Assembly (NCBI GenBank): GCA_037446395.1
Contig: JBBIIP010000003.1
Coordinates: 33,339 to 97,338, forward strand
Length of the DNA: 64,000 bases
Direction of reading: 5' to 3'
Source of the DNA: Lentimicrobiaceae bacterium
GTDB lineage: Bacteria > Bacteroidota > Bacteroidia > Bacteroidales > JAAYJT01
Both the position numbers and the translations under genes were made by a program. Position 1 is the first letter of the stretch; each line of letters begins with the position of its first letter. Below are positions 31,763-40,794 of this stretch, piece after piece. The notes beneath the pieces are model-generated. The model saw only the letters and a program-made list of their open reading frames with translations. It was not told where the DNA came from and ran no database searches.

Positions 31763-33892
31763 ATGAAAAATATGAAACCGGAAATTTTCATTACATGGAA
31801 TGTTGCATTACGCAACCTTTTCCTAATTACCCTGCTCTTTTTGCTTACCCCTGCCTATGTACTGGCCCAGGATCCGATAATTACACCCGGCGAAACTCCT
31901 ATCATCCAGGAAGCCATCGAGCAACAAGCCGAAAATCAGGAAGAAGAAAGTGACTATACCGACCTGATCGCAGAATTGGAGCATTTGACTTATAATCCTA
32001 TCAAAATAAACAATGCCACTTTCGATGAAATCAAACAGCTCTTCTTCCTGAACGACATACAAATTACCAACCTGCTCGAGTATAGAAATACTTTTGGCGA
32101 AATTCTCACGCTCTATGAGCTGGCTTATATTGATGGCTTTGACAGAGAGGTGATTGAATTAATTGCGCCGTTTATAACATTTAGTAAAGATGGAACAGGA
32201 CAGCGGCTCAATGCAAAGCAACTTTTTAGGTATGGCAAAAACCAGTTATTTATAAGAAGCCAGCGATTGCTTGAAACGCAGAAAGGATATTTGCCTATCG
32301 AAGATTCTTTGCTGGCTGCCAATCCTGGGTTGCGTTATCCAGGGAACCCTTTCAGGCTTTACACACGTTATGCATTCAACTACCGCAACCGGATCAGGTG
32401 GGGAATCACAGCCGAGAAAGATCCAGGGGAAGAGTTTTTCAAAGGCTCAGCTAAAAATGGCTTTGATTTTTATAGTGCATTTTTCTATTTGAGGGGAGAC
32501 AAATGGCTAAGAGATATCGTTGTTGGGGATTATCACCTACAATTCGGTCAGGGATTGACATTGTGGACTACACCCACATTCGGCAAGACGGTTGATGTGT
32601 CAATGGCACGCAAAATTTCGCGTGGAGTCAGGCCAAGCAGTTCGGTGAATGAGAATCAATTCCTGCGCGGTGCCGCGGCGACTTTTGGATATAATCGCTT
32701 CACAATAACCACTTTCGTTTCCCACAAGAAACTGGATGCAACCATTCGCCTCACCGATACCGCGTCAAATAAACCGTTGGTTGTGAGCACCCTGCAAACC
32801 TCCGGCTATCATCGCACTCCCAGCGAATTAGCTAACCGTCGCTCGTTATCCGAAACCATATTTGGAGGCAGGGCTCAGCTTATCGGGTCACGATACCAGG
32901 TTGGAACAACATTCTATCGCTTGGAATACGATGCCATGTTGCAGCCAATGCCTCAACTATATAACCAGTTCTATTTTAGCGGAAAAGCAAACCATGTGGC
33001 AGGTGCCGATTTTCTTTATCTTTTCAGAAAGGGGCAACTTTTTGGAGAAATTTCACGCAGTGCATCCGGCGGAACAGGCATTGTTGCAGGCACAACTTTT
33101 TCTCCGGCAACCCGGCTCATGATGAGTGCAATATACCGGAAATTCGACAAAAATTTCCAAAATTATTATGCAGCACCCTTTTCTGAATCGGGGCTTGGCA
33201 GTGGAGAGGAAGGACTATACATCGGAATGTTGTTCTACGTTTCCCCAAGTGTAACCCTAAGGGGCTATACTGATATGTTTCAGTTTAGGTGGCTTCGATA
33301 TCGGGTAAATGCTCCTTCGAGAGGAAGAGAGTACCTGGGAGAACTCAGCTATCGTATTTCGCGGCAAGCAGAAGTGAATGTACGTTATCGGTTCAAGCAG
33401 CGCGAAGGAAGCATAACCAGCAACGACTTCATCACACAGCTCAGACCATACGAACGTCAGAACCTGAGAGTACATTTTCAATACCAGGCCTTCCGGACTA
33501 TTACCCTGAGAAATCGTGTTGAGTGGACTTTGAATACTTCCGAGGAATACAGCAGGAAGCAAGGCTATATGATGTATCAGGATGTAATCTGGAAACCCTC
33601 TACAAAGTGGGCATACTCTGCCCGATTTGCATTGTTTGACACCGACACCTATGACGAGCGTATTTATGCCTATGAAAACGATGTGCTTTATGCTTTCAGC
33701 GTGCCCGCCTACTACTATAAAGGCAGCCGTGTATATTTGCTGATTCGATGGCAGGCCATGCAAAACCTCGATTTTTGGCTGAAAGCAAGCCAGACCTGGT
33801 ATTCCAACACAAAAGTAATTGGCAGCGGGTTGGATGAAATTGCAGGAAATACGCGCAGTGAAATAAAGCTGCAACTGCGCTATAAGTTCTGA
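31763..33892 (+). CDS. Secreted ComEA-like helix-hairpin-helix domain protein with a large C-terminal beta-barrel-like region
   Basis: ATG at 31763 (MKNMKPEIF...) with signal peptide ...AYVLAQD. The HhH-like segment is INNATFDEIKQLFFLNDIQITNLLEYRNTFGEILTLYELAYIDGFDREVIELIAPFITF. The protein ends in LQLRYKF. Confidence 0.6.
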   Translation: MKNMKPEIFITWNVALRNLFLITLLFLLTPAYVLAQDPIITPGETPIIQEAIEQQAENQEEESDYTDLIAELEHLTYNPIKINNATFDEIKQLFFLNDIQITNLLEYRNTFGEILTLYELAYIDGFDREVIELIAPFITFSKDGTGQRLNAKQLFRYGKNQLFIRSQRLLETQKGYLPIEDSLLAANPGLRYPGNPFRLYTRYAFNYRNRIRWGITAEKDPGEEFFKGSAKNGFDFYSAFFYLRGDKWLRDIVVGDYHLQFGQGLTLWTTPTFGKTVDVSMARKISRGVRPSSSVNENQFLRGAAATFGYNRFTITTFVSHKKLDATIRLTDTASNKPLVVSTLQTSGYHRTPSELANRRSLSETIFGGRAQLIGSRYQVGTTFYRLEYDAMLQPMPQLYNQFYFSGKANHVAGADFLYLFRKGQLFGEISRSASGGTGIVAGTTFSPATRLMMSAIYRKFDKNFQNYYAAPFSESGLGSGEEGLYIGMLFYVSPSVTLRGYTDMFQFRWLRYRVNAPSRGREYLGELSYRISRQAEVNVRYRFKQREGSITSNDFITQLRPYERQNLRVHFQYQAFRTITLRNRVEWTLNTSEEYSRKQGYMMYQDVIWKPSTKWAYSARFALFDTDTYDERIYAYENDVLYAFSVPAYYYKGSRVYLLIRWQAMQNLDFWLKASQTWYSNTKVIGSGLDEIAGNTRSEIKLQLRYKF

Positions 33893-33954
33893 TTTCTATT
33901 CCACCCTGTGCATGTGAATTAGCCGCTTGGTCTGCTAGGTTCCAGTTTGTTCAA

Positions 33955-35616
33955 TTAACTCTCAATAGTATAGAGGAATCGCTTGATACTCTTTTTAGGA
34001 GTTTTTTCAAATTCTTCGGGGTGTAGTTGCATTCCCGAGAGGTTCATGAAATTTGGCAGCTCTTTGTTGATGGCCTTGCGGTAATTCTCGAGAATCTTCA
34101 TCAGATCTTCTTCTGATACCTGGTGTTTCTGCATGGCTTCTTTGTCGGGTACAATTAATGCGATCAGTTTATGATTTTTATCCACAACCAGCGATTCGAG
34201 GATATAATCAAGGTTATTTAGCCTGGCTTCGATCTCTTCAGGAAAAATATTCTGCCCTGATGGGCCAAGGATAATACTTTTACTACGGCCTTTGATAAAA
34301 ATATAGTTGTCCTTGTCAATATGTCCCAGATCGCCTGTGTGCAGCCATCCTTCACCATCAATTGCAGCCATTGTGGCGGATTCGTTTTTGTAATATCCCT
34401 GCATAACATTTTCGCCCCTGACAAGAATTTCGCCCTGCATGGTATAAGGGTCGGCCGAGTCAATCGTAACTTCCATAGTATCAACAATTTTTCCGGCAGA
34501 ACCCAATTTGGCTTTATCCCAATTTGCATAGCTGATCAGAGGGCCGCATTCGGTCATGCCATAACCAATCGAGAAAGGAAATCTAATTTTCTTAAAAAAG
34601 GTTTCTACTTCGGGATTCAGGGCTGCTCCGCCAATGACTACCTCATGAAAATTCCCGCCAAATGAGGCAACGAGTTTTTTGCGGATTTTTTTGTGAATCA
34701 CATTCCTCAGGCCTGGAGTCTTCAAAATAACCTTCATGACAGGTTTATGAATTACAGGCAGGATTTGCTTCTTATAAATTTTTTCAATAACCAGAGGAAC
34801 CGAAAGGACCAGTCTTGGCCTTACTTCTTTGAAGGCTTGCAATATCACAGCCGGTGCGGGTACTTTTGTCAGAAAGGTTACATGGCATCCCAACGTAAAA
34901 GGCCATAAAAATTCGAACGCACATCCATAGGCGTGGGCAAGCGGAAGAAAAGAAACGATGGAATCGCCTGGTTTCAGCGGCATGTTATTATTCGCATACA
35001 CAACATTGGCTATCAAGCTATTATGAGTAAGCATCACTCCCTTGGTGTTGCCGGTAGTGCCCGAAGTGTAACTAATTACTGCCAATCGGCTATTTTCAAC
35101 AGTTGGAAAATTAATTGTCGCGGGTTTAATACCACCGGGATATTTTCTATCCATTAATTGATCCGCTTTGTTTACCAGGTCTTTCAATTTCTGATTTGGC
35201 CCGGAGGACAACAACGCAAAGTTTGTTAATGAGACTGACGCCCTTATCAATGGAAATTCTTTCTCATCCAATGCCTCAAAAAGATTGTCGGCTGCCAGCA
35301 GAAATACCGACTCCGAGTGCTTTAAAATGTGGTGAACATCTTTGGGTTTAAAATCAGGCAGGATGGGCACAATCACAGCACCGTAGGTGATGGCCGCCAA
35401 ATATCCTATTCCCCAATGGGAAGAGTTGCGCCCAAGCAACCCGATTTTTTCGCCCGGTTTGATTTCGGCCACCTCGAATATTGCATGAAGCTGAAGGATT
35501 TTGTGTGCCACTTCTGAATATTTTAAGCTATCGCCTTTATAATCTGTCATGGCATTTATATCCCAATTTTTTAGGATGCTTTGCTGAATAAACTGAACCA
35601 GGTTTTCTTTCATCAT
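33955..35616 (-). CDS. Acyl-CoA synthetase (AMP-dependent ligase)
   Basis: YTSGTTGNTKGVMLTH, GYGMTECGP and HTGDLGHIDKDNYIFIKGRSK. Confidence 0.85.
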   Translation of the reverse strand: MMKENLVQFIQQSILKNWDINAMTDYKGDSLKYSEVAHKILQLHAIFEVAEIKPGEKIGLLGRNSSHWGIGYLAAITYGAVIVPILPDFKPKDVHHILKHSESVFLLAADNLFEALDEKEFPLIRASVSLTNFALLSSGPNQKLKDLVNKADQLMDRKYPGGIKPATINFPTVENSRLAVISYTSGTTGNTKGVMLTHNSLIANVVYANNNMPLKPGDSIVSFLPLAHAYGCAFEFLWPFTLGCHVTFLTKVPAPAVILQAFKEVRPRLVLSVPLVIEKIYKKQILPVIHKPVMKVILKTPGLRNVIHKKIRKKLVASFGGNFHEVVIGGAALNPEVETFFKKIRFPFSIGYGMTECGPLISYANWDKAKLGSAGKIVDTMEVTIDSADPYTMQGEILVRGENVMQGYYKNESATMAAIDGEGWLHTGDLGHIDKDNYIFIKGRSKSIILGPSGQNIFPEEIEARLNNLDYILESLVVDKNHKLIALIVPDKEAMQKHQVSEEDLMKILENYRKAINKELPNFMNLSGMQLHPEEFEKTPKKSIKRFLYTIES

Positions 35617-35904
35617 GGCTTTAATGGTTTTATTATTGATGGTACTTGATTTTTAAAAATACTTGAATATTGTGTTTTAAAAAACCTCGCAAATATAATG
35701 TTTCTGAGGAAATATAAAAATGCAAATTTTGTCCAATATATCAATATTTGATTTGATATTACAATATTTATCTTGTTCAAAAAATCTTATAGTAGAAAAA
35801 TGATCACTCAACCACATGATGTTGTGTTGCATTTAATTTTTTTTTTTAGGTTTGTGCTTTATTTAGCCATTAACCATACAAATCACTATTAAAATCAACA
35901 AATT

Positions 35905-37743
35905 ATGTTTAAAAACCATCCCAAAGGGCTTTTAGTGGCCTTCTTCACAAACATGGGTGAGCGTTTTGGTTTCTACACCATGATGGCCATCCTCGTAATG
36001 TTTCTACAAGCCCGTTATGGCCTGAATGCCGACGCGGCAGGCAGTATCTACTCGTGGTTTTATTTTGCCATTTACGCGTTAGCGTTGATCGGCGGTATGA
36101 TTGCCGACTGGACAAAAAGGTACAAAACTGTTATAATGGCCGGTCAAATCATCATGTTCGGTGGATATGCCCTATTGGCTGTCCCCGGTTCAGAGTTGTG
36201 GGTTTCTGTATCTGCACTCATGATTATTGCCCTCGGAAATGGATTATTCAAAGGCAATCTGCAAGCTGTTGTGGGTCAAATGTATGACGACGAAAAGTAC
36301 AAAAAACTCCGTGATAGTGCCTTCATGCTTTTCTACATGGGTATCAACATCGGAGCATTTTTTGCACCTTTTGTGGCAAAAGGAATTAAAGAATGGTGGC
36401 TGAAAACCAATGGCTATTTCGAAAATGCAAACCTGCCCCTGCTGAGCCATCAGTTTCAGAATGGGACGTTAAAAGATGTAGAGCAATTTCAAACCCTGGC
36501 AAATGCCGCCATAGTTCCCGACGGAGGAAAATCGGCTGCTGACCTCACGCAATTTGCTTCAGATTATATCAATGTATTCTCAACCGGCTTTAATTATGCC
36601 TTTGGTATTGCCGCTGCTGCCATGATTGCCTCGCTGCTGGTGTACCTTGCATTCATTAAGCTACTTCCCTCCAAACACAAGCTGGTAGCTGCCAATAATA
36701 GCACACAGCCAGCAGCAAAACCAGCCCTTAATCTCGGGGCGAATCTTAAGTACATTATCATATCGCTGGTGTTAATGGCAGTTGTAGCCGTGCTTTTCCA
36801 TGTCGCTGACAATTACACTACTGTAAAGGATATTGATTACAAACTCGGGTTAGCAGTAGGTTTGTTTGTAGCTTTTGTTTCGTTGATATTCCAGGTTAGC
36901 ACCAAAGAGGAAAAGCCTCGTGTTGTTGCGCTTACCCTGGTTTTCCTCGTAGTAATCTTTTTCTGGATGTCTTTCCACCAGAACGGTTTAACCCTTACCA
37001 TGTTTGCCCGCGACTACACCAATCAGTTTGTCGGTCCATATACTAACTTGTTCTTTAATATTTGGTCAATCCTGGCAGTTATAGCCGCTATCGGAGGCTG
37101 TGCAATGGTATTCTTCACCAAGAAACTGGCCACGCGCATTGGGGGAGCCGGCGCTTTCTTGTTGTTCGGCTACCTGAGTTATTATTTTGCTTCCAACAAC
37201 GCCGCTTCAAACCCCATCAGTCCTGAAGTATTCCAGTCCTTTAACCCACTCTTTATTGTTGCGCTAACCCCTCCGGTGATGGCAATCTTTGCGTGGCTTG
37301 GCCGTAAAGGGAAAGAACCTTCTTCGCCCAAAAAGATTGGCATTGGTATGATCATAGCTGCCTTCGGTTTTGTAGTGATCCTCATTGGTTCCATGGGCCT
37401 TGTATCACCAAAGGATATGGCCGGAGTTGCCGTTGAAGAAATCAATCGCGTTTCGCCATACTGGCTGATGAGCTCCTACCTCATTCTCACCATTGCCGAG
37501 CTTTTCTTAAGTCCTATTGGGCTATCTTTTGTAGCAAAAGTAGCTCCTCAACGTTTTCAGGGCCTTATGCAAGGTGGTTGGCTACTTGCTACTGCAATTG
37601 GCAATAAGTTTTTATTCGTCGGAAGTGTGTTATGGGGCAAAATTGAGCTGTATAATTTGTGGGGGATATTCATCATTTGCTGTATACTCGCCGCATTGTT
37701 CACCTTCTCCATCATGAAACGACTGGAGAGCGTTACAAAATAA
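35905..37743 (+). CDS. Proton-dependent oligopeptide transporter (POT/PTR2 family)
   Basis: PTR2 signatures GERFGFYTMMAIL and FYMGINIGAF. Polytopic, 612 aa. Confidence 0.85.
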   Translation: MFKNHPKGLLVAFFTNMGERFGFYTMMAILVMFLQARYGLNADAAGSIYSWFYFAIYALALIGGMIADWTKRYKTVIMAGQIIMFGGYALLAVPGSELWVSVSALMIIALGNGLFKGNLQAVVGQMYDDEKYKKLRDSAFMLFYMGINIGAFFAPFVAKGIKEWWLKTNGYFENANLPLLSHQFQNGTLKDVEQFQTLANAAIVPDGGKSAADLTQFASDYINVFSTGFNYAFGIAAAAMIASLLVYLAFIKLLPSKHKLVAANNSTQPAAKPALNLGANLKYIIISLVLMAVVAVLFHVADNYTTVKDIDYKLGLAVGLFVAFVSLIFQVSTKEEKPRVVALTLVFLVVIFFWMSFHQNGLTLTMFARDYTNQFVGPYTNLFFNIWSILAVIAAIGGCAMVFFTKKLATRIGGAGAFLLFGYLSYYFASNNAASNPISPEVFQSFNPLFIVALTPPVMAIFAWLGRKGKEPSSPKKIGIGMIIAAFGFVVILIGSMGLVSPKDMAGVAVEEINRVSPYWLMSSYLILTIAELFLSPIGLSFVAKVAPQRFQGLMQGGWLLATAIGNKFLFVGSVLWGKIELYNLWGIFIICCILAALFTFSIMKRLESVTK

Positions 37744-37815
37744 CCTGAGCCAAACATCCGGAAAGCTCCTGGCTTTTAAGCCATTATTGCATATTGAACC
37801 ATAATTGCAAAATTG

Positions 37816-37849
37816 AATCAGGCTGGTGGAAAATTTCATCAGCCTGATT
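37816..37849 (+). terminator. Hairpin downstream of the POT transporter gene
   Basis: Perfect 10-bp inverted repeat AATCAGGCTG (37816-37825) / CAGCCTGATT (37840-37849) with a 14-nt loop, 73 nt after the stop codon. No clean U-tract follows. Confidence 0.45.
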
Positions 37850-37922
37850 GTTAATTAAGAGCTACTTTTGAGCAGAGAAAATTCATTCTTGTCGAAAATA
37901 CATATTCTACACCCACACCATT

Positions 37923-38888
37923 ATGGCTATCGAGAGCAGGCCGCAAATATACCCTTGGGGTCATCGCCGCCGATATAACGCATACACGCAATATATTCGC
38001 CGCATTTTTGGTGCAAGGGTGCAAAAACTCTCCATTGATGCCGGGTTCAGTTGCCCCAACCGCGATGGCACGGTGAGCACTGGAGGTTGTATATTTTGCA
38101 ACAACGATGCTTTCAACCCATCCTACTGTTTGCCCGAAAAAAGTGTGAGCCAACAACTTGCAGAAGGTAAAACCTTTCATTCCACGCGCTATCGCCGAAA
38201 TCAAGGTTACCTGGCTTATTTTCAGGCCTTCTCAAGCACCCATGGGGAGCTCAAATTATTACGACAACTTTATGAGGAGGCGCTCTTGTTTCCGGGAGTC
38301 ATCGGCCTGGTAATAGGCACACGACCTGATTGTGTGAATACCGAAAAGCTTGATTTCCTGGCACAATTATCAGAAAAGAACTATATTGCCATTGAATATG
38401 GCATAGAATCGTGCTTTGATAGCACCCTCCGTTTCATTCAACGAGGGCATACTTTTAGCCAGGCTGTTTGGGCACTCGAGGAAAGCAAAAAACGGAACCT
38501 TATCACAGGGGCACATTTTATCCTCGGTTTACCCGGAGAAAGCATTGAGATGATATTATCTCAGAATCAAATAATATCGCATTTACCTCTAACGACAATT
38601 AAACTTCATCAACTCCAGATTTTAAAAAACACGGTTCTCGAAAGGTTCTATCTCGAGAATCCTTCCAGGTTCAATCTTTTTAAATTGGACGGCTACATTG
38701 ACCTGATAGCCGAATTTATCGAGGGGCTTAATCCGGAAATTGTGATTGAACGTTTCACGGCCGAAGTGCCGCCACGATTCTTGGTTGCTCCTGATTGGGG
38801 GCGGCTTCGCACCGACCAGATACTCAACCGTATAGAAAAGCGTTTGGAAGAAAGGAATACATGGCAAGGTAAAAACTTCCAGGCATGA
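37923..38888 (+). CDS. TIGR01212-family radical SAM protein
   Basis: The Cys cluster GFSCPNRDGTVSTGGCIFCN and the overall length match the pattern I recall for TIGR01212. Confidence 0.85.
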   Translation: MAIESRPQIYPWGHRRRYNAYTQYIRRIFGARVQKLSIDAGFSCPNRDGTVSTGGCIFCNNDAFNPSYCLPEKSVSQQLAEGKTFHSTRYRRNQGYLAYFQAFSSTHGELKLLRQLYEEALLFPGVIGLVIGTRPDCVNTEKLDFLAQLSEKNYIAIEYGIESCFDSTLRFIQRGHTFSQAVWALEESKKRNLITGAHFILGLPGESIEMILSQNQIISHLPLTTIKLHQLQILKNTVLERFYLENPSRFNLFKLDGYIDLIAEFIEGLNPEIVIERFTAEVPPRFLVAPDWGRLRTDQILNRIEKRLEERNTWQGKNFQA

Positions 38889-38910
38889 AATTCACTAAAA
38901 CAAATAGCTG

Positions 38911-39612
38911 ATGCTTAAAAAAAATTATACCCATATATTTTTCGATCTTGACCACACCTTATGGGATTTCAATACAAACACAAAGCTGACTTTCGATGAG
39001 ATTCTGGCCAAACTTGACCTTTATAAAAAAGGGATTCCAGATATCGATGCCTTCCTTTTTGTATACTCAAAACACAATAAGGCTCTTTGGGATCAATATA
39101 AAAGAGGAGAGATTGAAAAAGAACTTCTCAGTTACCATCGCTTCGAATTGACCTTGGAGGAATTTGGTATTCAGAACGTTGAGATTGCCAAAATGATTGC
39201 AGAAGATTATATCCTTCTAAGCCCCACAAAAACCGAGCTCATTCCCGACTCAATAAAAGTACTGGAATACTTGAGTTCAAAATATGCACTTGGATTAATC
39301 ACAAATGGTTTTGATGAGATTCAGTTTATAAAGATCGAAAAAGCCGGACTGAATCCCTTTTTTAATTGGATCGTGACTTCGGAGGAAGCCGGGTCAAAAA
39401 AACCTGATCCGGCAATTTTTAATTATGCTTTAGAAAAAGCAGGCGCAAATGCAGCCACAAGTCTTTATGTTGGCGATGAGCCTGAAACTGATATTTTGGG
39501 AGCCAAGTTAGCCGGAATTGATCAAATTCTGTTTTGTAATAACTGTCAGGAGCATGCAGAACAAGCCACCCATACCATCCACAGGCTTACGGAACTGATC
39601 ACGCTATTGTAA
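38911..39612 (+). CDS. HAD-superfamily hydrolase (YjjG-like nucleotidase subfamily)
   Basis: HAD motif I IFFDLDHTLWDF, then GSKKPDP and YVGDEPETDILGA. Confidence 0.7.
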   Translation: MLKKNYTHIFFDLDHTLWDFNTNTKLTFDEILAKLDLYKKGIPDIDAFLFVYSKHNKALWDQYKRGEIEKELLSYHRFELTLEEFGIQNVEIAKMIAEDYILLSPTKTELIPDSIKVLEYLSSKYALGLITNGFDEIQFIKIEKAGLNPFFNWIVTSEEAGSKKPDPAIFNYALEKAGANAATSLYVGDEPETDILGAKLAGIDQILFCNNCQEHAEQATHTIHRLTELITLL

Positions 39613-39644
39613 AAAAAACCCGAAAACAGTGTTGCTTCCGGGTT
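39611..39644 (-). terminator. Intrinsic terminator of the small secreted-protein gene
   Basis: The minus-strand RNA reads AACCCGGAAGCAACACUGUUUUCGGGUUUUUUUU. It forms a 9-bp stem (one G-U pair) with a 10-nt loop, followed by a U-run, starting 20 nt after the stop codon. Confidence 0.7.
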
Positions 39645-39663
39645 CGTGTACGGGGTTGAAGTG

Positions 39664-39963
39664 CTATTTTTTAGGAACGGGTGCCACTTCGGCAGGTTTA
39701 GCTGCAGCTTTTGAAGGGCAACCACCACATTTCTTCTGAGCTTCGGACGAGCAATCTTTTTTAGCTGCTTCGGCTTTCGAACCACAATCTGAATGCGCTT
39801 TTGCATCTGCTTTATCGTGTGTGCAAGGAGCCTTTGATTCGGCAACTTTTTCAACCTTCACGTCTTTTGCAGCTGTTTTTGGCGACTGTGCATAGGCAAC
39901 ATTTACGAGTAAAAATGCCGCAAGGGCAAACAATGAGAAAATTAACGCAATTTGTTTTTTCAT
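39664..39963 (-). CDS. Small secreted Lys/Ala-rich protein with five Cys and two His (unknown function)
   Basis: 99 aa with signal peptide MKKQIALIFSLFALAAFLLVNVAYA/QS. The mature part contains PCTHD, AHSDC, KKDC and KKCGGC. The gene is flanked by its own promoter-like and terminator elements. Confidence 0.55.
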   Translation of the reverse strand: MKKQIALIFSLFALAAFLLVNVAYAQSPKTAAKDVKVEKVAESKAPCTHDKADAKAHSDCGSKAEAAKKDCSSEAQKKCGGCPSKAAAKPAEVAPVPKK

Positions 39964-40003
39964 TTTAATTAGGTTTTATTATTAATTGTCCATTTTCACG
40001 TGG

Positions 40004-40033
40004 CAAATATACAATGTTATACAATTGATGAAA
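40004..40033 (-). promoter_or_regulatory. Bacteroidota-type promoter of the small secreted-protein gene
   Basis: On the minus strand: TTTC (40033-40030), an 18-nt spacer, and a perfect TAnnTTTG (TATATTTG, 40011-40004). It sits about 40 nt upstream of the ATG at 39963, in the 100-nt gap after psd. Confidence 0.4.
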
Positions 40034-40063
40034 CGTCCTATTTGTTAAAGAAGTGTTAAAAAA

Positions 40064-40720
40064 TCAGAATGATGCAATGATGGTTTGCCCGCCGATGACT
40101 TTCTGATCGAGTTGCACTGCAACCTTTGCGCTAAGGGGCAGGTATATATCCACACGGGAGCCAAACTTAATAATACCTAATTCGTTGCCCTGGGTTAAAT
40201 CTGCATTTTCGCACAAGTTGCAAACGATGCGCCGTGCAAAGGCCCCGGCAATTTGCCGTAATAAGATCGGGTTGTGGAGTGAATGGTTGATTACAATTGT
40301 GGTGTGTTCGTTTTGTGTTGATGCTTTGGGTGCCCATGCAAACAAATGTTTCCCGTGATGATGCCTGTAATAGGCCAACCTGCCCGAAACCGGTAAATAG
40401 TTCACATGAACATTAAAGACAGACATAAACACCGACACCATAATACGCTGGTCTTTAAAGTATTCGGTTTCGGTAACAGTTTCGATTGCAACAATTTTTC
40501 CATCGGCTCCGCTCACCACTTTTGAATCATCTTGCAAGGGTTTCCGGCCAGGCACCCTGAAAAAAAACGTTATAAAAAGAGGAACGAGCAGCAGAACCCC
40601 ATATATCGTGTATCGTAGAATTGGTGGAGGTGTGAACAGAAGATGAATAAACAGAAAAAGCCCCACTGCCGTAAATGCAGCAATTAAAATGGCCTTTCTT
40701 CCTTCTTTGTGTATTCTCAT
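40064..40720 (-). CDS. psd: Phosphatidylserine decarboxylase proenzyme (short form)
   Basis: N-terminal TM segments. KFGSRVDIYLP contains the G-S self-cleavage site pattern of short Psd enzymes. It lies next to cdsA. Confidence 0.85.
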   Translation of the reverse strand: MRIHKEGRKAILIAAFTAVGLFLFIHLLFTPPPILRYTIYGVLLLVPLFITFFFRVPGRKPLQDDSKVVSGADGKIVAIETVTETEYFKDQRIMVSVFMSVFNVHVNYLPVSGRLAYYRHHHGKHLFAWAPKASTQNEHTTIVINHSLHNPILLRQIAGAFARRIVCNLCENADLTQGNELGIIKFGSRVDIYLPLSAKVAVQLDQKVIGGQTIIASF

Positions 40721-40794
40721 CGGTAAAAAGTGGTATTGTAAATCTTTCCAGAATTATTTTCCAGGTTGCTTGATTTGAATTTTTGCTTGACTTT

